This document shows positions 47,462 to 57,683 of a stretch of 64,000 nt of DNA, one piece after another (positions within the stretch are counted from its first letter, which is position 1; each line of letters opens with the position of its first letter). The DNA comes from Candidatus Latescibacterota bacterium. GTDB taxonomy: Bacteria > Latescibacterota > UBA2968. The stretch lies in assembly GCA_965208125.1 (NCBI GenBank), contig OZ242320.1, positions 960,001 to 1,024,000 of the forward strand. Direction: 5' to 3'. A program made the translations under genes and the position numbers. Under the pieces are notes generated by a model. The model had not been told where the DNA came from and ran no database searches. It saw only the letters and a list, made by a program, of their open reading frames with translations.

Positions 47462-48421
47462 CTAACCGTACAGATGCGCCACATAATCGCCATACCCATT
47501 GTACATTCGGGTCGGCACGCGATCCATCGTCCCGATCAACCGCTCCGTTGCCTGAGACCAGCGCGGATGTGGCACATTGGGATTTACATTAGACCAAAAA
47601 TCGTACTCTGAAGGAGCCACCTTGTTCCAGAACGTCGGCGGTTGCCGTTTCGTGAACTCGATCTTTACAATGGACTTAATACTCTTATACCCGTATTTCC
47701 ACGGCGTCACCAACCGAATGGGTGCCCCGTGCTGTTTGGGCAACGCATGACCGTAAATACCCGTCGTGAGCAACGTCAGTTCATTCGTCGCCTCTTCCAT
47801 AGTCAGCCCCTCAAAATAAGGCCACGGATACCAGGACTGCGTCTTCATGCCCGGTGCCTGATCCGGACGATTGAACGTCACCATCCGCACGTACTTTGCC
47901 GACGACTTGGGCTGCACATAATCGATCAACGCCTTCATCGGAAACCCCGTCCACGGCACCGTCATCGCCCATGCCTCCACGCACCGAAACCGATACACGC
48001 GCTCTTCCAGTGCGAACCGCTTGAGCAAATCATCCAGGTCATACGTCCCGGCCTTCTCCACATAACCCGAAATCTCGATCTCCCAGGGACGCACCTCAAA
48101 CTTATCCGTCAACTCGTGGACCTTGCCCTTATTCGTAGTAAACTCGTAAAAATTATTGTATCGTGCGGCGACCTTCTCCCGCGTCAATTCCCGCTCAACC
48201 GTGTACGCTTCATTCCGCTTTGCCGGATACAAACCCGGCAGCGATGGGGGAACTTCCACCTCAAACTCATCTTCTGCTGTCGCGCAGCCCGCGCCAATCA
48301 CCGCACTCGCGCCCGCAACACCTATAGCCTGCATAAAGCGCCGCCGATTCAGGTAAATATGTTCGGGCGTAACCTCGCCTTCGGGCAACTGCCAGCCTTT
48401 GGGAATATGGATAAAAGCCAT
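47462..48421 (-). CDS. msrP: Protein-methionine-sulfoxide reductase catalytic subunit MsrP
   Basis: Tat motif NRRRFM, YNNFYEF, YRFRCVEAW, HGAPIRL, WKYGYKSIKSI, PHPRWSQA.ER. Confidence 0.96.
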   Translation of the reverse strand: MAFIHIPKGWQLPEGEVTPEHIYLNRRRFMQAIGVAGASAVIGAGCATAEDEFEVEVPPSLPGLYPAKRNEAYTVERELTREKVAARYNNFYEFTTNKGKVHELTDKFEVRPWEIEISGYVEKAGTYDLDDLLKRFALEERVYRFRCVEAWAMTVPWTGFPMKALIDYVQPKSSAKYVRMVTFNRPDQAPGMKTQSWYPWPYFEGLTMEEATNELTLLTTGIYGHALPKQHGAPIRLVTPWKYGYKSIKSIVKIEFTKRQPPTFWNKVAPSEYDFWSNVNPNVPHPRWSQATERLIGTMDRVPTRMYNGYGDYVAHLYG

Positions 48422-48451
48422 CGCATGCCTCCAATTTTTTTTAACGGAGAA

Positions 48452-49759
48452 TTACCGCTGATCCATCGCCACATAATCGCGCTTATCTGCCCCGGTATAA
48501 ATCTGGCGCGGGCGGGCGATCTTCTGTTCACTATCCCCCAGCATCTCTTTCCACTGCGCCAGCCAACCGCACGACCGTCCCACCGCAAATAACACCGTCA
48601 TCATCCGCGTGGGCAATCCAATCGCCTGATAAATAATACCCGAATAAAAATCCACATTGGGATACAACTGACGCGAAATAAAATACTCCTCCTGCAGGGC
48701 AATCCGCTCCAACTCCAGCGCAATATCAATCAGGGGATTTTTACCCGTCACCTCAAACACACTATACGCGGTCTCTTTGACAATCGCCGCCCTGGGATCG
48801 TAATTCTTGTAAACCCGATGCCCAAACCCCTGCAACACCACCTCTTTATTTTCTACCCGCTCGATATAAGCCGGCACCTTATCCACCGAGCCGATCTCAT
48901 TGAGCATATTGAGCACGGCTTCATTCGCGCCCCCGTGTGCCGGACCGTAAAGCGCCGCTGCTGCACCGGCCATAGATGAATACGGATCTGCCCCTCCACT
49001 GGCAATACCCCGCATGATACTGGTAGATAAATTCTGACCGTGATCGGCGTGCAAAATGAGCAGCACTTCCAGCGCGCGCTCGAGCACCGGATCAGCCCGA
49101 TACGCCTCCCCCTCCGTGCCAAACAACATATTCAAAAAATTGCCGTAAAACCCCAACCCGGGATCTGACGACACATAAGGCAGACCCGCACTGCGGCGAT
49201 GCACCGCAGCACCTATGGTCGCAACATTGCCGATCAGACGACAAATATGACGAATCTGTGCCTCTTCGGTTCCAAAATCTCCCTCATCGTCGTAAAAAAC
49301 CGACAGCCCCCCCAGCGCACCCACCAGCATACCCATCGTATGAGACCCTTTGGGAAAACCATCGATAAAAGACAAAATATCGTCTGAAATCACCGTTTGA
49401 GAATTTACCTGCTCGGAAAATCCATCCAATTGATCGCGGCTGGGCAACTCGCCATAAACCAGTAAATAAGCCACTTCGAGATACGAAGACCCCGCCACCA
49501 ACTGCTCAATGGGATACCCGCGATAGCGCAAAATCCCCTTCGCCCCATCGATATACGTAACCGCACTGCTGCAAGACGCCGTATTGACATACGACGGGTC
49601 GTATCCCAAAAGGCCAAAATCATTATCCGAACCCTTGATTTGGTTCAAATCTGCCGAACGCACATGGGCACCGTCCTCAGAATACGTGCCATAAGTAATA
49701 GGTAAATCATACGTTTCATCTGTCCGATTATCAATAACTTTAAGTGAATCCTTGCTCAT
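48452..49759 (-). CDS. gltA: Citrate synthase
   Basis: GILRYRGYPI, LHADH, GPAHGGANE, GFGHRVYKNYDPRA, YPNVDFYSG. Confidence 0.95.
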   Translation of the reverse strand: MSKDSLKVIDNRTDETYDLPITYGTYSEDGAHVRSADLNQIKGSDNDFGLLGYDPSYVNTASCSSAVTYIDGAKGILRYRGYPIEQLVAGSSYLEVAYLLVYGELPSRDQLDGFSEQVNSQTVISDDILSFIDGFPKGSHTMGMLVGALGGLSVFYDDEGDFGTEEAQIRHICRLIGNVATIGAAVHRRSAGLPYVSSDPGLGFYGNFLNMLFGTEGEAYRADPVLERALEVLLILHADHGQNLSTSIMRGIASGGADPYSSMAGAAAALYGPAHGGANEAVLNMLNEIGSVDKVPAYIERVENKEVVLQGFGHRVYKNYDPRAAIVKETAYSVFEVTGKNPLIDIALELERIALQEEYFISRQLYPNVDFYSGIIYQAIGLPTRMMTVLFAVGRSCGWLAQWKEMLGDSEQKIARPRQIYTGADKRDYVAMDQR

Positions 49760-49810
49760 CACAAGCCCCTTTCTCATAATCCACCCATTTGGAGGAGAAT
49801 TGTTCTGCTA

Positions 49811-50473
49811 TTACGCTATAACCTGATAAACTCTACGCGAACTGCTCTGATCTGCGGGATCAAACTGCACAGAAACCGCATCAAAAACGCGCCGCAGTGC
49901 CCGTTCATAAGACGCCCCACCCGCACAAATCGCAAGAGTCCCACCCGCCCGAAGTCGCATTTGCAACACACGCAACATCGACAAACTATAAGCCTGGCGA
50001 TTCTCTGCTCGCGCCACCTGATCTGGCCCAACATCAATATGCATCGCAATACCGTGATAATTGCGCGGAGAACCCTGCACATAAGAACAAAAATCGCCCA
50101 CAACAAGCTCGACCCGTGCGTCATTCAGCAAATCGGCATTGGTCAAAAAGGTGCGATTCCATTCCACAATTTGCGGCTCAATTTCCACCACACAAACGGA
50201 CTGCACAGCCCTGTGCTTCAGCACCTGCCGCAGCGTCACGCCCAATCCAAGCCCACCAATCAACACATCGGCATATCTCTGACCTGGAGAAATCCCAGCC
50301 AGCGCGAGATCGGCAAGAGCGATCTCCAAATCGGAACTGCTACTCGCAATCGCACACCCATTTATAGAAAGCACATGATGCATCTGCTCGTCAACCGTCA
50401 CCGCTTCAAGCCGAAAATTTCCATTTTGTGTCTGGACCGATGCCACATGACCTGACGTACTATCGCTCTGCAT
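49811..50473 (-). CDS. Spermidine synthase-like methyltransferase-fold protein
   Basis: VLIGGLGLG.TL, VVEIEP.IV.WN, D.RVE...GD. Confidence 0.75.
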   Translation of the reverse strand: MQSDSTSGHVASVQTQNGNFRLEAVTVDEQMHHVLSINGCAIASSSSDLEIALADLALAGISPGQRYADVLIGGLGLGVTLRQVLKHRAVQSVCVVEIEPQIVEWNRTFLTNADLLNDARVELVVGDFCSYVQGSPRNYHGIAMHIDVGPDQVARAENRQAYSLSMLRVLQMRLRAGGTLAICAGGASYERALRRVFDAVSVQFDPADQSSSRRVYQVIA

Positions 50474-50636
50474 TCATCGCGCCTTTTTTACTAAAAATCC
50501 AGTCTGGGCCAGTATTACAATATAACGGAGATTCCAAAATTTTCAAACACATTTGGTCGGAAAACGGGATCATTACCCACTTGATTTTTCAAACGCGAAT
50601 CCCTTTATTGACGCACCGTCCAACAGGAATACATTT

Positions 50637-51458
50637 ATGAGTCAACACATCGGCAACATTGAAATCATAGCAACACACATCCCTCGGGGACATTACCGTT
50701 CAGTACTCTTTGATTTTGACGGCACATTGTCGCTCATTCGCCAGGGCTGGCGTGAAATCATGATCCCCATGATGGTCGAAGTGCTCTCCGAACTCAACAC
50801 CGGCGAAACCGAAGCGGAACATCGCGTTCTGGTCACCGAATTTATCGACCGCCTCACCGGCAAACAAACCATCTACCAGATGATTCAACTCTGTGAAGAA
50901 ATCCAAAAACGCGGTGGCACACCAGACGATCCGCTCGCCTACAAACAGCGTTTTCACGACCTGCTCAACGCCCACATAGCCCATCGCATTCGCGGCCTCG
51001 AAACCGGCGAAATGGACCCCGGCAACCTCATGCTACCCCATACCCGCGCACTGCTCGACAATCTATCCAACCGCGGCCTGATGCTTTATTTAGCCAGCGG
51101 CACCGACCTCGTCTTTGTCCGCCGCGAAGTCGAATTACTCGGCCTTACAGCCTACTTTGAAGACCGCGTCTTTGGCGCTCTGGATCAGCACGAAAACTTT
51201 TCCAAAGCCATGGTCATTCAAAACATGCTCAAAACCCACGCCATAGACGGCTCTGAACTCCTCGGATTTGGCGATGGATACGTCGAAATCGAAAACGTAA
51301 AAGACGTGGGCGGCACCGCTGTCGGTGTCGCATCAGACGAAGTCAAACGCGAAGGCATTAATGCCTGGAAGCGAAACCGCCTCATCGAAGTCGGTGCAGA
51401 TATCATCATCCCGGAATACCGCGACCAAGAAACCCTCATCGCATATTTGTGTGACTAA
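50637..51458 (+). CDS. HAD superfamily hydrolase
   Basis: FDFDGTLS, LASG, FGDGYVE. Confidence 0.9.
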   Translation: MSQHIGNIEIIATHIPRGHYRSVLFDFDGTLSLIRQGWREIMIPMMVEVLSELNTGETEAEHRVLVTEFIDRLTGKQTIYQMIQLCEEIQKRGGTPDDPLAYKQRFHDLLNAHIAHRIRGLETGEMDPGNLMLPHTRALLDNLSNRGLMLYLASGTDLVFVRREVELLGLTAYFEDRVFGALDQHENFSKAMVIQNMLKTHAIDGSELLGFGDGYVEIENVKDVGGTAVGVASDEVKREGINAWKRNRLIEVGADIIIPEYRDQETLIAYLCD

Positions 51459-51477
51459 CCACCCCAAAGGAGTTACC

Positions 51478-52602
51478 ATGAAAATTACCAAACTCGAAAC
51501 CTTTCTCGTCAAACCGCGCTGGCTCTTTCTAAAAATGCACACAGACGAGGGCCTCGTTGGCCTTGGTGAACCTATCCTCGAAGGACGCGCCCGTACCTGC
51601 GCTCAAGCCGTAGCAGAACTCGAACCCTATCTCATCGGCAAAGACCCCCGTCGCGTGGTCCATCACTGGCAGGCCATGTATCGCCATGCATTTTATCGCG
51701 GCGGACCCATACTCACCAGCGCCCTATCCGGTGTCGAACAAGCACTTTGGGACCTCGCCGGAAAAGCCGCAAACATGCCCGTCTATGAAATGCTCGGCGG
51801 CCCCCTGCGCGACCGCATCAAAATGTACAAAGGCACGGGAGGAGGCGGCACACCCGAACAGGCTGCTGCCGCAGTAAAAGAACGCAAAAAACAGGGATTT
51901 ATCGCCATAAAGACCGGTCCAGCCAAAATTCGCCCGGCGCGCATCGTCGAAACCCCGGCCTTCATCGATCACGCCGTTGAAACATTTGCCGCCATGCGCG
52001 AAGCGGGCGGGCCTGACTTTGACATCGCCATCGACTTTCACGGCGCCATATCACCGCAAACCGCTGCCATACTCATCAAAGCTCTCGAACCCTACCAGCC
52101 GATGTTTGTCGAAGAACCCATCCAGTGTCAAGACATAGAAGGCATGGCAGAACTCGCGCGCAAAACCCACTTACCCATCGCAACAGGCGAACGCATCTTC
52201 ACCAAATGGGGCTTCCGCGAACTCCTCGAAAAACGCGCCTGTTCCATCATACAGCCCGACCTGTCACACGCTGGTGGCATCTTCGAGACCCGCCTGATCG
52301 CGGGCATGGCCGAATCCTATTACGCAGCCGTTGCCCCACACTGTCCACTCGGTCCCATCTCCCTGGCCGCCTGCATCCAGCTCGACGCCAGCATCCCCAA
52401 CTTCCTCGCACAAGAACACACCATGTTTGGCGAAGACTACCTCAAAGAACCGTTCCAATTCAAAGACGGCTACGTCGAATTGCCCAAAGGTCCCGGCCTT
52501 GGCATTGAACTGGACGACGACAAAATGGAAGACAAAATAGGCCACGACTGGACCAATCAAAGATCCCTTCATCCCGACGATGGATCGGTCGTCGATTGGT
52601 AA
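51478..52602 (+). CDS. dgoD: Galactonate dehydratase (enolase superfamily)
   Basis: PRWLFLK..TDEG..G.GEP..EGRA, FYRGGP, DFHG, EEP, ATGER, APHCPLGP. Confidence 0.9.
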   Translation: MKITKLETFLVKPRWLFLKMHTDEGLVGLGEPILEGRARTCAQAVAELEPYLIGKDPRRVVHHWQAMYRHAFYRGGPILTSALSGVEQALWDLAGKAANMPVYEMLGGPLRDRIKMYKGTGGGGTPEQAAAAVKERKKQGFIAIKTGPAKIRPARIVETPAFIDHAVETFAAMREAGGPDFDIAIDFHGAISPQTAAILIKALEPYQPMFVEEPIQCQDIEGMAELARKTHLPIATGERIFTKWGFRELLEKRACSIIQPDLSHAGGIFETRLIAGMAESYYAAVAPHCPLGPISLAACIQLDASIPNFLAQEHTMFGEDYLKEPFQFKDGYVELPKGPGLGIELDDDKMEDKIGHDWTNQRSLHPDDGSVVDW

Positions 52603-52624
52603 AACAGCTTCTCAAGGAGACCGC

Positions 52625-53362
52625 ATGTCACAACTCACCGGAAAAATCGCACTCGTCACCGGCAGTGGACGGGGTATTGGTCGCGCCATAGCCATCGCCT
52701 TTGCCACAGAAGGAGCCGACCTCATACTCGCCGCACGCACGACCGAACAACTCGATGCCGTTGCCGAAGAAATTCGCGCCCTCGGTCGCAATGTCCTGTC
52801 CGTACCCACCGATGTCACCGATCGCGAGAGCGTAGATGCATTGGCAGAAAAAGTCCGCGGAGAATTTGATCGTCTGGACATCCTCGTCAACAACGCGGGC
52901 GGCGGCATAGAGCGCAACAGCATCCTCGACAGCAATCCCGACATCTGGATCAAAGACGTCACGGTAAACTGCATCAGCGCCTACCTCGTCTCGCACGCCC
53001 TGCTACCCCTCATGATCAAATCTGGCGGTGGCAGAGTTATCAACGTGGGATCGGGCATGGGCCATCGCCCCAGAGCGGGCAATTCTGCGTATAACGTCGG
53101 CAAAGCCGGTATGTGGATGTTCACTCAATGCCTGGCCGAAGAAGTCTGGGAAAACAACATCACAGTCAACGAACTCATCCCCGGCCCGGTAGCCACACAT
53201 CTTACCGGAGATCGCATGAGAGTGGGCGGTCCACCGCCATTTGCACCCAGCGAAGTCGTCAAAGCACCCGAAGATGTCGTCCCTCTCGCCCTCTTCTTAG
53301 CCACCCAACCCGATGGGGGACCGACCGCTCAAACCTTCAGCCTGACCCGTCGCCCGATTTAA
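52625..53362 (+). CDS. SDR oxidoreductase
   Basis: TGSGRGIG, NNAG, YNVGK. Confidence 0.92.
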   Translation: MSQLTGKIALVTGSGRGIGRAIAIAFATEGADLILAARTTEQLDAVAEEIRALGRNVLSVPTDVTDRESVDALAEKVRGEFDRLDILVNNAGGGIERNSILDSNPDIWIKDVTVNCISAYLVSHALLPLMIKSGGGRVINVGSGMGHRPRAGNSAYNVGKAGMWMFTQCLAEEVWENNITVNELIPGPVATHLTGDRMRVGGPPPFAPSEVVKAPEDVVPLALFLATQPDGGPTAQTFSLTRRPI

Positions 53363-53384
53363 CCCCATCCCAAAAGGAATAACT

Positions 53385-55337
53385 ATGTCAAAAAAAATAA
53401 TCGCCTACGGCATGGACGGCTTTATCACCCCCATGATGAAATACTTTGCCGACGAAGGCGTCATCCCAACTTTCAAACGTCTGCTCGACGAGGGCGCAGT
53501 CAACGAAACCTTTCCCTCCTTCCCGGTCTGGACACCCACCAACTGGGCAACCCTCTCCACTGGCGCGCACACCGGCACCCACAGCGTCACGCGCTGGCGC
53601 GTTGAAGTAGGTCCTGGCGAACGCATCAACTCTTTTCACGGCCGCGCCAACAATGCCCAGCGTCTGTGGAACGCCCTCGAGCGCGAAGGACTCAAAGGCG
53701 TTGCCCTGCACTATCCGGCAGCGCATCCATCAGGCGTGGAAAAAGGGTATGTAATCGATGGATTTGGTCATCCCGGACACGCCAGCACCGACTATGAAAT
53801 CGCCGCAGCACAGGCTTATACCACCGCCGAACACGTCGAAGAAATCGTACAAATGGACCACGACGGCACAGCCGTGCGCCGGAGACAGCGAAGCATAGAA
53901 CCCATCCCAGCACTATCGCCCGCAGATGGCTGGACCAATCTCCCGCAAAGTGCTACCCCGCCTCTCGCTTCTACCATTGAAATCCACGCGCGCCTCGGCG
54001 GCGACATCAACCGCTTTCACCTGCTCGTCTTCGCCAGTGCCAACAGCGGATACGACACCCTGCGCGTCTGCCGATCTCAAAATGGCAACGACCACATCGC
54101 CGAAGCCAGCACGGGATCGTGGAGCAACTGGGCCATCGAACCCTTCCGCATCGAAAGTCGCGAACAACGCGCCTCTGTGCGCTTCAAACTCCTCGAACTC
54201 GAACCCGATGGCTCCCATCTCAAGCTCTACCGCTCTCAGATCACATATAGCGACGGCTTCACATATCCAGATGACCTCGCCGACGAACTCATCCAGCGAT
54301 TTGGCCCCTATCAAGAACACGCCTCAATGACCCCCTACACCTCTGGCATGACCGACTTTGACACCGCCCTTGAAGAATGCGAATATCAGGGCCTCTGGTT
54401 TGCCGACGTCGCCAATTATATGCTCCACAAAAAAGATGCCAGTTTCTTCATCTGTCACTGGCACCTCTACGACTACATCAACCACATCCACCTCGACGGC
54501 GTCGATCCCGTTTGCCCGGCTTACGACCCCGACAAAGCCGACGACATCATGCACCTCTTCCGCAAAGCCTACATCGTTGGCGACAAAATTTTAAAACGCA
54601 TGTGGGACGCCGCCGATGACACCACCTATGTCGGCGTGCTTTCCGATCACGGCGCATCGCCGGATGTGCGCATCGCCAATATCCGAAAATTCCTGCACGA
54701 CACAGGATTCACCGTCCTGAAAGAAGACGCCAGCGACAGCGTCGAGCGCGATGAAGTCCTCGAAAGAGAAATCGACTTTGAAAAAACCCGCGCCTACCTC
54801 AAAGACGACAAGGGATTCGACATCTGGATCAACGCCGAACCCGGTCCCAAATTCGACGAAATCGAACGCGATGTCCTCCTCGCCCTTCGCACCTGGGTCG
54901 ATGAAGACATCGGTCGCAATGTAGTTGCCATCGCCCTGCCCAGACGCGACGCGTACATACTCGGGCAATGGGGCGACCAGTGCGGCGACGTCATCTTCGC
55001 CTGGGATCACGGATTCGTCAGCGGGTACTACGGCCAGTGGAAAGGCATTGTGGGCGGCGGCTGCGTAGGCGCACCCGAAGTCTTCGGCGCACACCACGGC
55101 GGCTTTATCCCCACGCGCAGCGATATCTCATCGAGCTTCGGTTCTTTCTTTCTATCGGGTCCCGGCATCAAAAAAGGCTACGAACGCCCCACCGACAAAC
55201 TCGGCTACATCCACGCCGCAGACGTCGTCCCCACGCTTTGCCACATCTTCGGCATTGCGCCACCGGACCAGAGTCAGGGCGCGGTTGCCTACGACATTCT
55301 CGAAGGGCATGAAATGGTGCGGGAACGGCCTGAATAA
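53385..55337 (+). CDS. Alkaline phosphatase superfamily nucleotide pyrophosphatase/phosphodiesterase
   Basis: GMDG, P.WTPTNWATLSTG (Thr nucleophile), D..NH, SDHG, D..PT. Confidence 0.8.
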   Translation: MSKKIIAYGMDGFITPMMKYFADEGVIPTFKRLLDEGAVNETFPSFPVWTPTNWATLSTGAHTGTHSVTRWRVEVGPGERINSFHGRANNAQRLWNALEREGLKGVALHYPAAHPSGVEKGYVIDGFGHPGHASTDYEIAAAQAYTTAEHVEEIVQMDHDGTAVRRRQRSIEPIPALSPADGWTNLPQSATPPLASTIEIHARLGGDINRFHLLVFASANSGYDTLRVCRSQNGNDHIAEASTGSWSNWAIEPFRIESREQRASVRFKLLELEPDGSHLKLYRSQITYSDGFTYPDDLADELIQRFGPYQEHASMTPYTSGMTDFDTALEECEYQGLWFADVANYMLHKKDASFFICHWHLYDYINHIHLDGVDPVCPAYDPDKADDIMHLFRKAYIVGDKILKRMWDAADDTTYVGVLSDHGASPDVRIANIRKFLHDTGFTVLKEDASDSVERDEVLEREIDFEKTRAYLKDDKGFDIWINAEPGPKFDEIERDVLLALRTWVDEDIGRNVVAIALPRRDAYILGQWGDQCGDVIFAWDHGFVSGYYGQWKGIVGGGCVGAPEVFGAHHGGFIPTRSDISSSFGSFFLSGPGIKKGYERPTDKLGYIHAADVVPTLCHIFGIAPPDQSQGAVAYDILEGHEMVRERPE

Positions 55338-55412
55338 ATAAAACATGACACAACAATTTGCCCTCTGCACCAATAACGAGGGATATGAAGCGTCTCTCAA
55401 AGTGAGTAAGAT

Positions 55413-56192
55413 ATGATGAATGCACAACATGCGGCGTTTACGCCAGCACAGGGGTATGTGGGGATCATTGTTCTTATCGCCTACCTGACGATTACATCCT
55501 GTACCGCCACGAAGGGCGCAACCGAGGCTGAGTTCAGCTTCACTTTTCAAAGCGATGCCGAAGGCTGGACGGCCGGATTTGCCGATCTTCCCGCCGACTT
55601 CGATCCATCAATCTACGAACTCGATTCCGGTTATCGCCCTCTGCCACCAGGTCTTGAAGGCAATGGTCTCTACATCCAGGGACATAATCGCAGCGACGAC
55701 CTCTTCATGTTTTTCAAGAGGCGAATTGACGGGCTTAAGGCAGATGCGACCTACGCGGTATTCGCCTCCCTCGACCTGGCGACCAATGTTCCGTCCAACA
55801 CCTTTGGCATCGGTGGCTCTCCCGGCGAGAGCGTGTACGTAAAAGCGGGCGCATCTACCGTTGAACCCGTAGCAGAGGGAGACAACCTCAGACTGAACAT
55901 CGACAAGGGAAACCAGTCCAACGGCGGCACGTCAATGGTCGTTATCGGAAACGTCGCTCATCCCGAGGTTGTCGGCGAAGAGTTCCGGCTCAAGTCTCTT
56001 GACAACGCCGACAATCCAGTGAACGTCACGACTGACAGCAAGGGTGGGCTCTGGCTGATCGTCGGTACCGACTCCGGCTTTGAGGGACTGAGCACTTTCT
56101 ACTACGCCCGCATTGCCTACACACTCAAAATAGTGGAATCCCCTAACTCAGGGGCTTCACTTCTCGGGCCGAGTAATCGGAGTTTGGATTAG
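55413..56192 (+). CDS. Hypothetical secreted protein/lipoprotein
   Basis: Hydrophobic N-terminus ending ITSC; beta-rich body (HNRSDDLFM, GTDSGFEG). Confidence 0.65.
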   Translation: MMNAQHAAFTPAQGYVGIIVLIAYLTITSCTATKGATEAEFSFTFQSDAEGWTAGFADLPADFDPSIYELDSGYRPLPPGLEGNGLYIQGHNRSDDLFMFFKRRIDGLKADATYAVFASLDLATNVPSNTFGIGGSPGESVYVKAGASTVEPVAEGDNLRLNIDKGNQSNGGTSMVVIGNVAHPEVVGEEFRLKSLDNADNPVNVTTDSKGGLWLIVGTDSGFEGLSTFYYARIAYTLKIVESPNSGASLLGPSNRSLD

Positions 56193-56278
56193 GTTTGCGC
56201 GAGCACTCAATATTCATTTGTTGTGGTGAAACGACCCGTAAAGTTTTTTAAAAATTTTTCTTTTCATGCCTTCGGCGA

Positions 56279-56308
56279 CTTCATTTTTTGGCGCGCCAAA
56301 AAATGAAG
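56279..56308. repeat. Perfect 30-bp palindrome
   Basis: CTTCATTTTTTGGCG|CGCCAAAAAATGAAG followed by CAAAAAAAGGGCGCCCC. Confidence 0.9.
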
Positions 56309-56510
56309 CAAAAAAAGGGCGCCCCTGCGGGGGGCTTGCACAGCGCAAATCGTTTCTATAGTACAACATCAGACGATGGCCTTCAAAGTTTAGTGCAAAA
56401 TGGACATTAGGTGCGAATCGGACTCACGCGCTGTGCGAGATGGCTTGAGCCGATAAAAATGCTGACGGCTTATTCTTTTGATTTATGCACACCTCTAAAA
56501 AAAGAATGAT

Positions 56511-56726
56511 ATGTTTGATATTCACAACCTTATGGCGAACCTATCCCAACACCGCCCGATATTCCATTCAGAAACGGATTTTCAATTACACTGGAAGGAT
56601 TACTCATCTCTTAAGTGGAGGATGCCCTTCTTCCCCGACCAGTCACCTTCCGATAGTTGGGAATATCATCCAATTGATTACTCACGATTCCGGTACCTCG
56701 CAGTCTCGGTTAAACCAAGTCCATGA
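56511..56726 (+). pseudogene. Probable internally deleted gene remnant
   Basis: RPIFHSETDFQ joined directly to W.DYS...FRYL; these recall the N- and C-termini of a longer conserved hypothetical family. Confidence 0.4.
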
Positions 56727-56844
56727 TGAAAACAGAGGGTGCTTTCTGTAGGCATAAAGAACTCCAGAACACATTAGACAGAAAAGGGTTTACGAGGTCG
56801 AATCTCAAGCTCTTAATACTCCACCAAAGCGGGGTAAATCCAGA

Positions 56845-56878
56845 GAATCCCAATGCTTCAGCTTTGGGAGTACGTCAA
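56845..56878 (+). mobile_element. IS200/IS605-family right-end hairpin remnant; no tnpA/tnpB in the window
   Basis: GAATCCCAATGCTTCAGCTTTGGGAGTACGTCAA resembles the GAATCCC..hairpin..GGGAG..GTCAA ends of tnpB elements. Confidence 0.65.
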
Positions 56879-56911
56879 ATCACGGTTTTTGAAAGCTAAT
56901 AGCGATAGATG

Positions 56912-56940
56912 TTGACACGAGTCCGGCAGAATGCGATACT
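56912..56940 (+). promoter_or_regulatory. Sigma70 promoter of hicBA
   Basis: TTGACA-17 bp-(TGC)GATACT. Confidence 0.7.
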
Positions 56941-56982
56941 TTCCACGCATTGCACCAAAAGCAAACTGGAAAGGAGTACAAG

Positions 56983-57228
56983 ATGATAGAAGGATATCGA
57001 TTACATCTTCAGATCAGGCGAGTAGAAAACGGCCAACACCTCGCTACCTCTGACGATTTTCCCGGTCTCGTGGCACAAGGAAGAACCGTGTCTGAAGCGA
57101 TTGAAATTGCTCAAGACGTGGCAAGGAAACTAATTGAATCCTATCGGGAACATGGCGACATTCTGCCAAAGGGTTTGCAGGCCATCAATACAGAGAGCGT
57201 TGAATTGGACGTTCTCGTAGGTGTGTGA
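56983..57228 (+). CDS. hicB: HicB family antitoxin (short form)
   Basis: ATSDDFPGLVAQGRTVSEAIEIAQD partial RNase H fold; AAGGAG RBS. Confidence 0.9.
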   Translation: MIEGYRLHLQIRRVENGQHLATSDDFPGLVAQGRTVSEAIEIAQDVARKLIESYREHGDILPKGLQAINTESVELDVLVGV

Positions 57229-57452
57229 TGGGTCGGCTGGCAGGTTTTACATATCGACAAGTGACCCGCAAATTGCGGCGTTTGGGATTCGAGTTTGATC
57301 GGCAAGCACGGGGAAGTCACGAGATCTGGTGGAACCCTGATACGCGATATCGGACCACTATTCCCAATCATCCTGGAGACTTACCAGAAGGAACTTTATC
57401 CGCAGTTTTGAAGCAAGCGGGTATAACCGTGGAAGAATTCCTTAGAGCTTAG
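57228..57452 (+). CDS. hicA: HicA family mRNA interferase toxin
   Basis: LRRLGF...RQARGSHEIW...IPNH..DLPEGTL..VLKQAG. Confidence 0.92.
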   Translation: MGRLAGFTYRQVTRKLRRLGFEFDRQARGSHEIWWNPDTRYRTTIPNHPGDLPEGTLSAVLKQAGITVEEFLRA

Positions 57453-57468
57453 GATATTGAAAAACGAT

Positions 57469-57645
57469 TTAATGAACTTCATGTTCAGGATCAGAAAGCG
57501 AGCAAGGAAGTTCAGATTCCCGTAGAATATTTTTTGGACCTTCACCAGGCCTAACATCCGTCCCTAAATGAAGCGTATCCTGCGTTGTAAGATGCTTCGC
57601 ATAGGGATTCTTGACGGATTTCGAGAAGTCGTATTCTTTTCTCAT
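57469..57645 (-). pseudogene. BrnA/CopG-type antitoxin fragment
   Basis: MRKEYDFSKSVKNPYAK.L N-terminus, then loss of similarity. Confidence 0.55.
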
Positions 57646-57683
57646 AACATATACCTCACACACAGCCTCATTGTGCTACTGGG

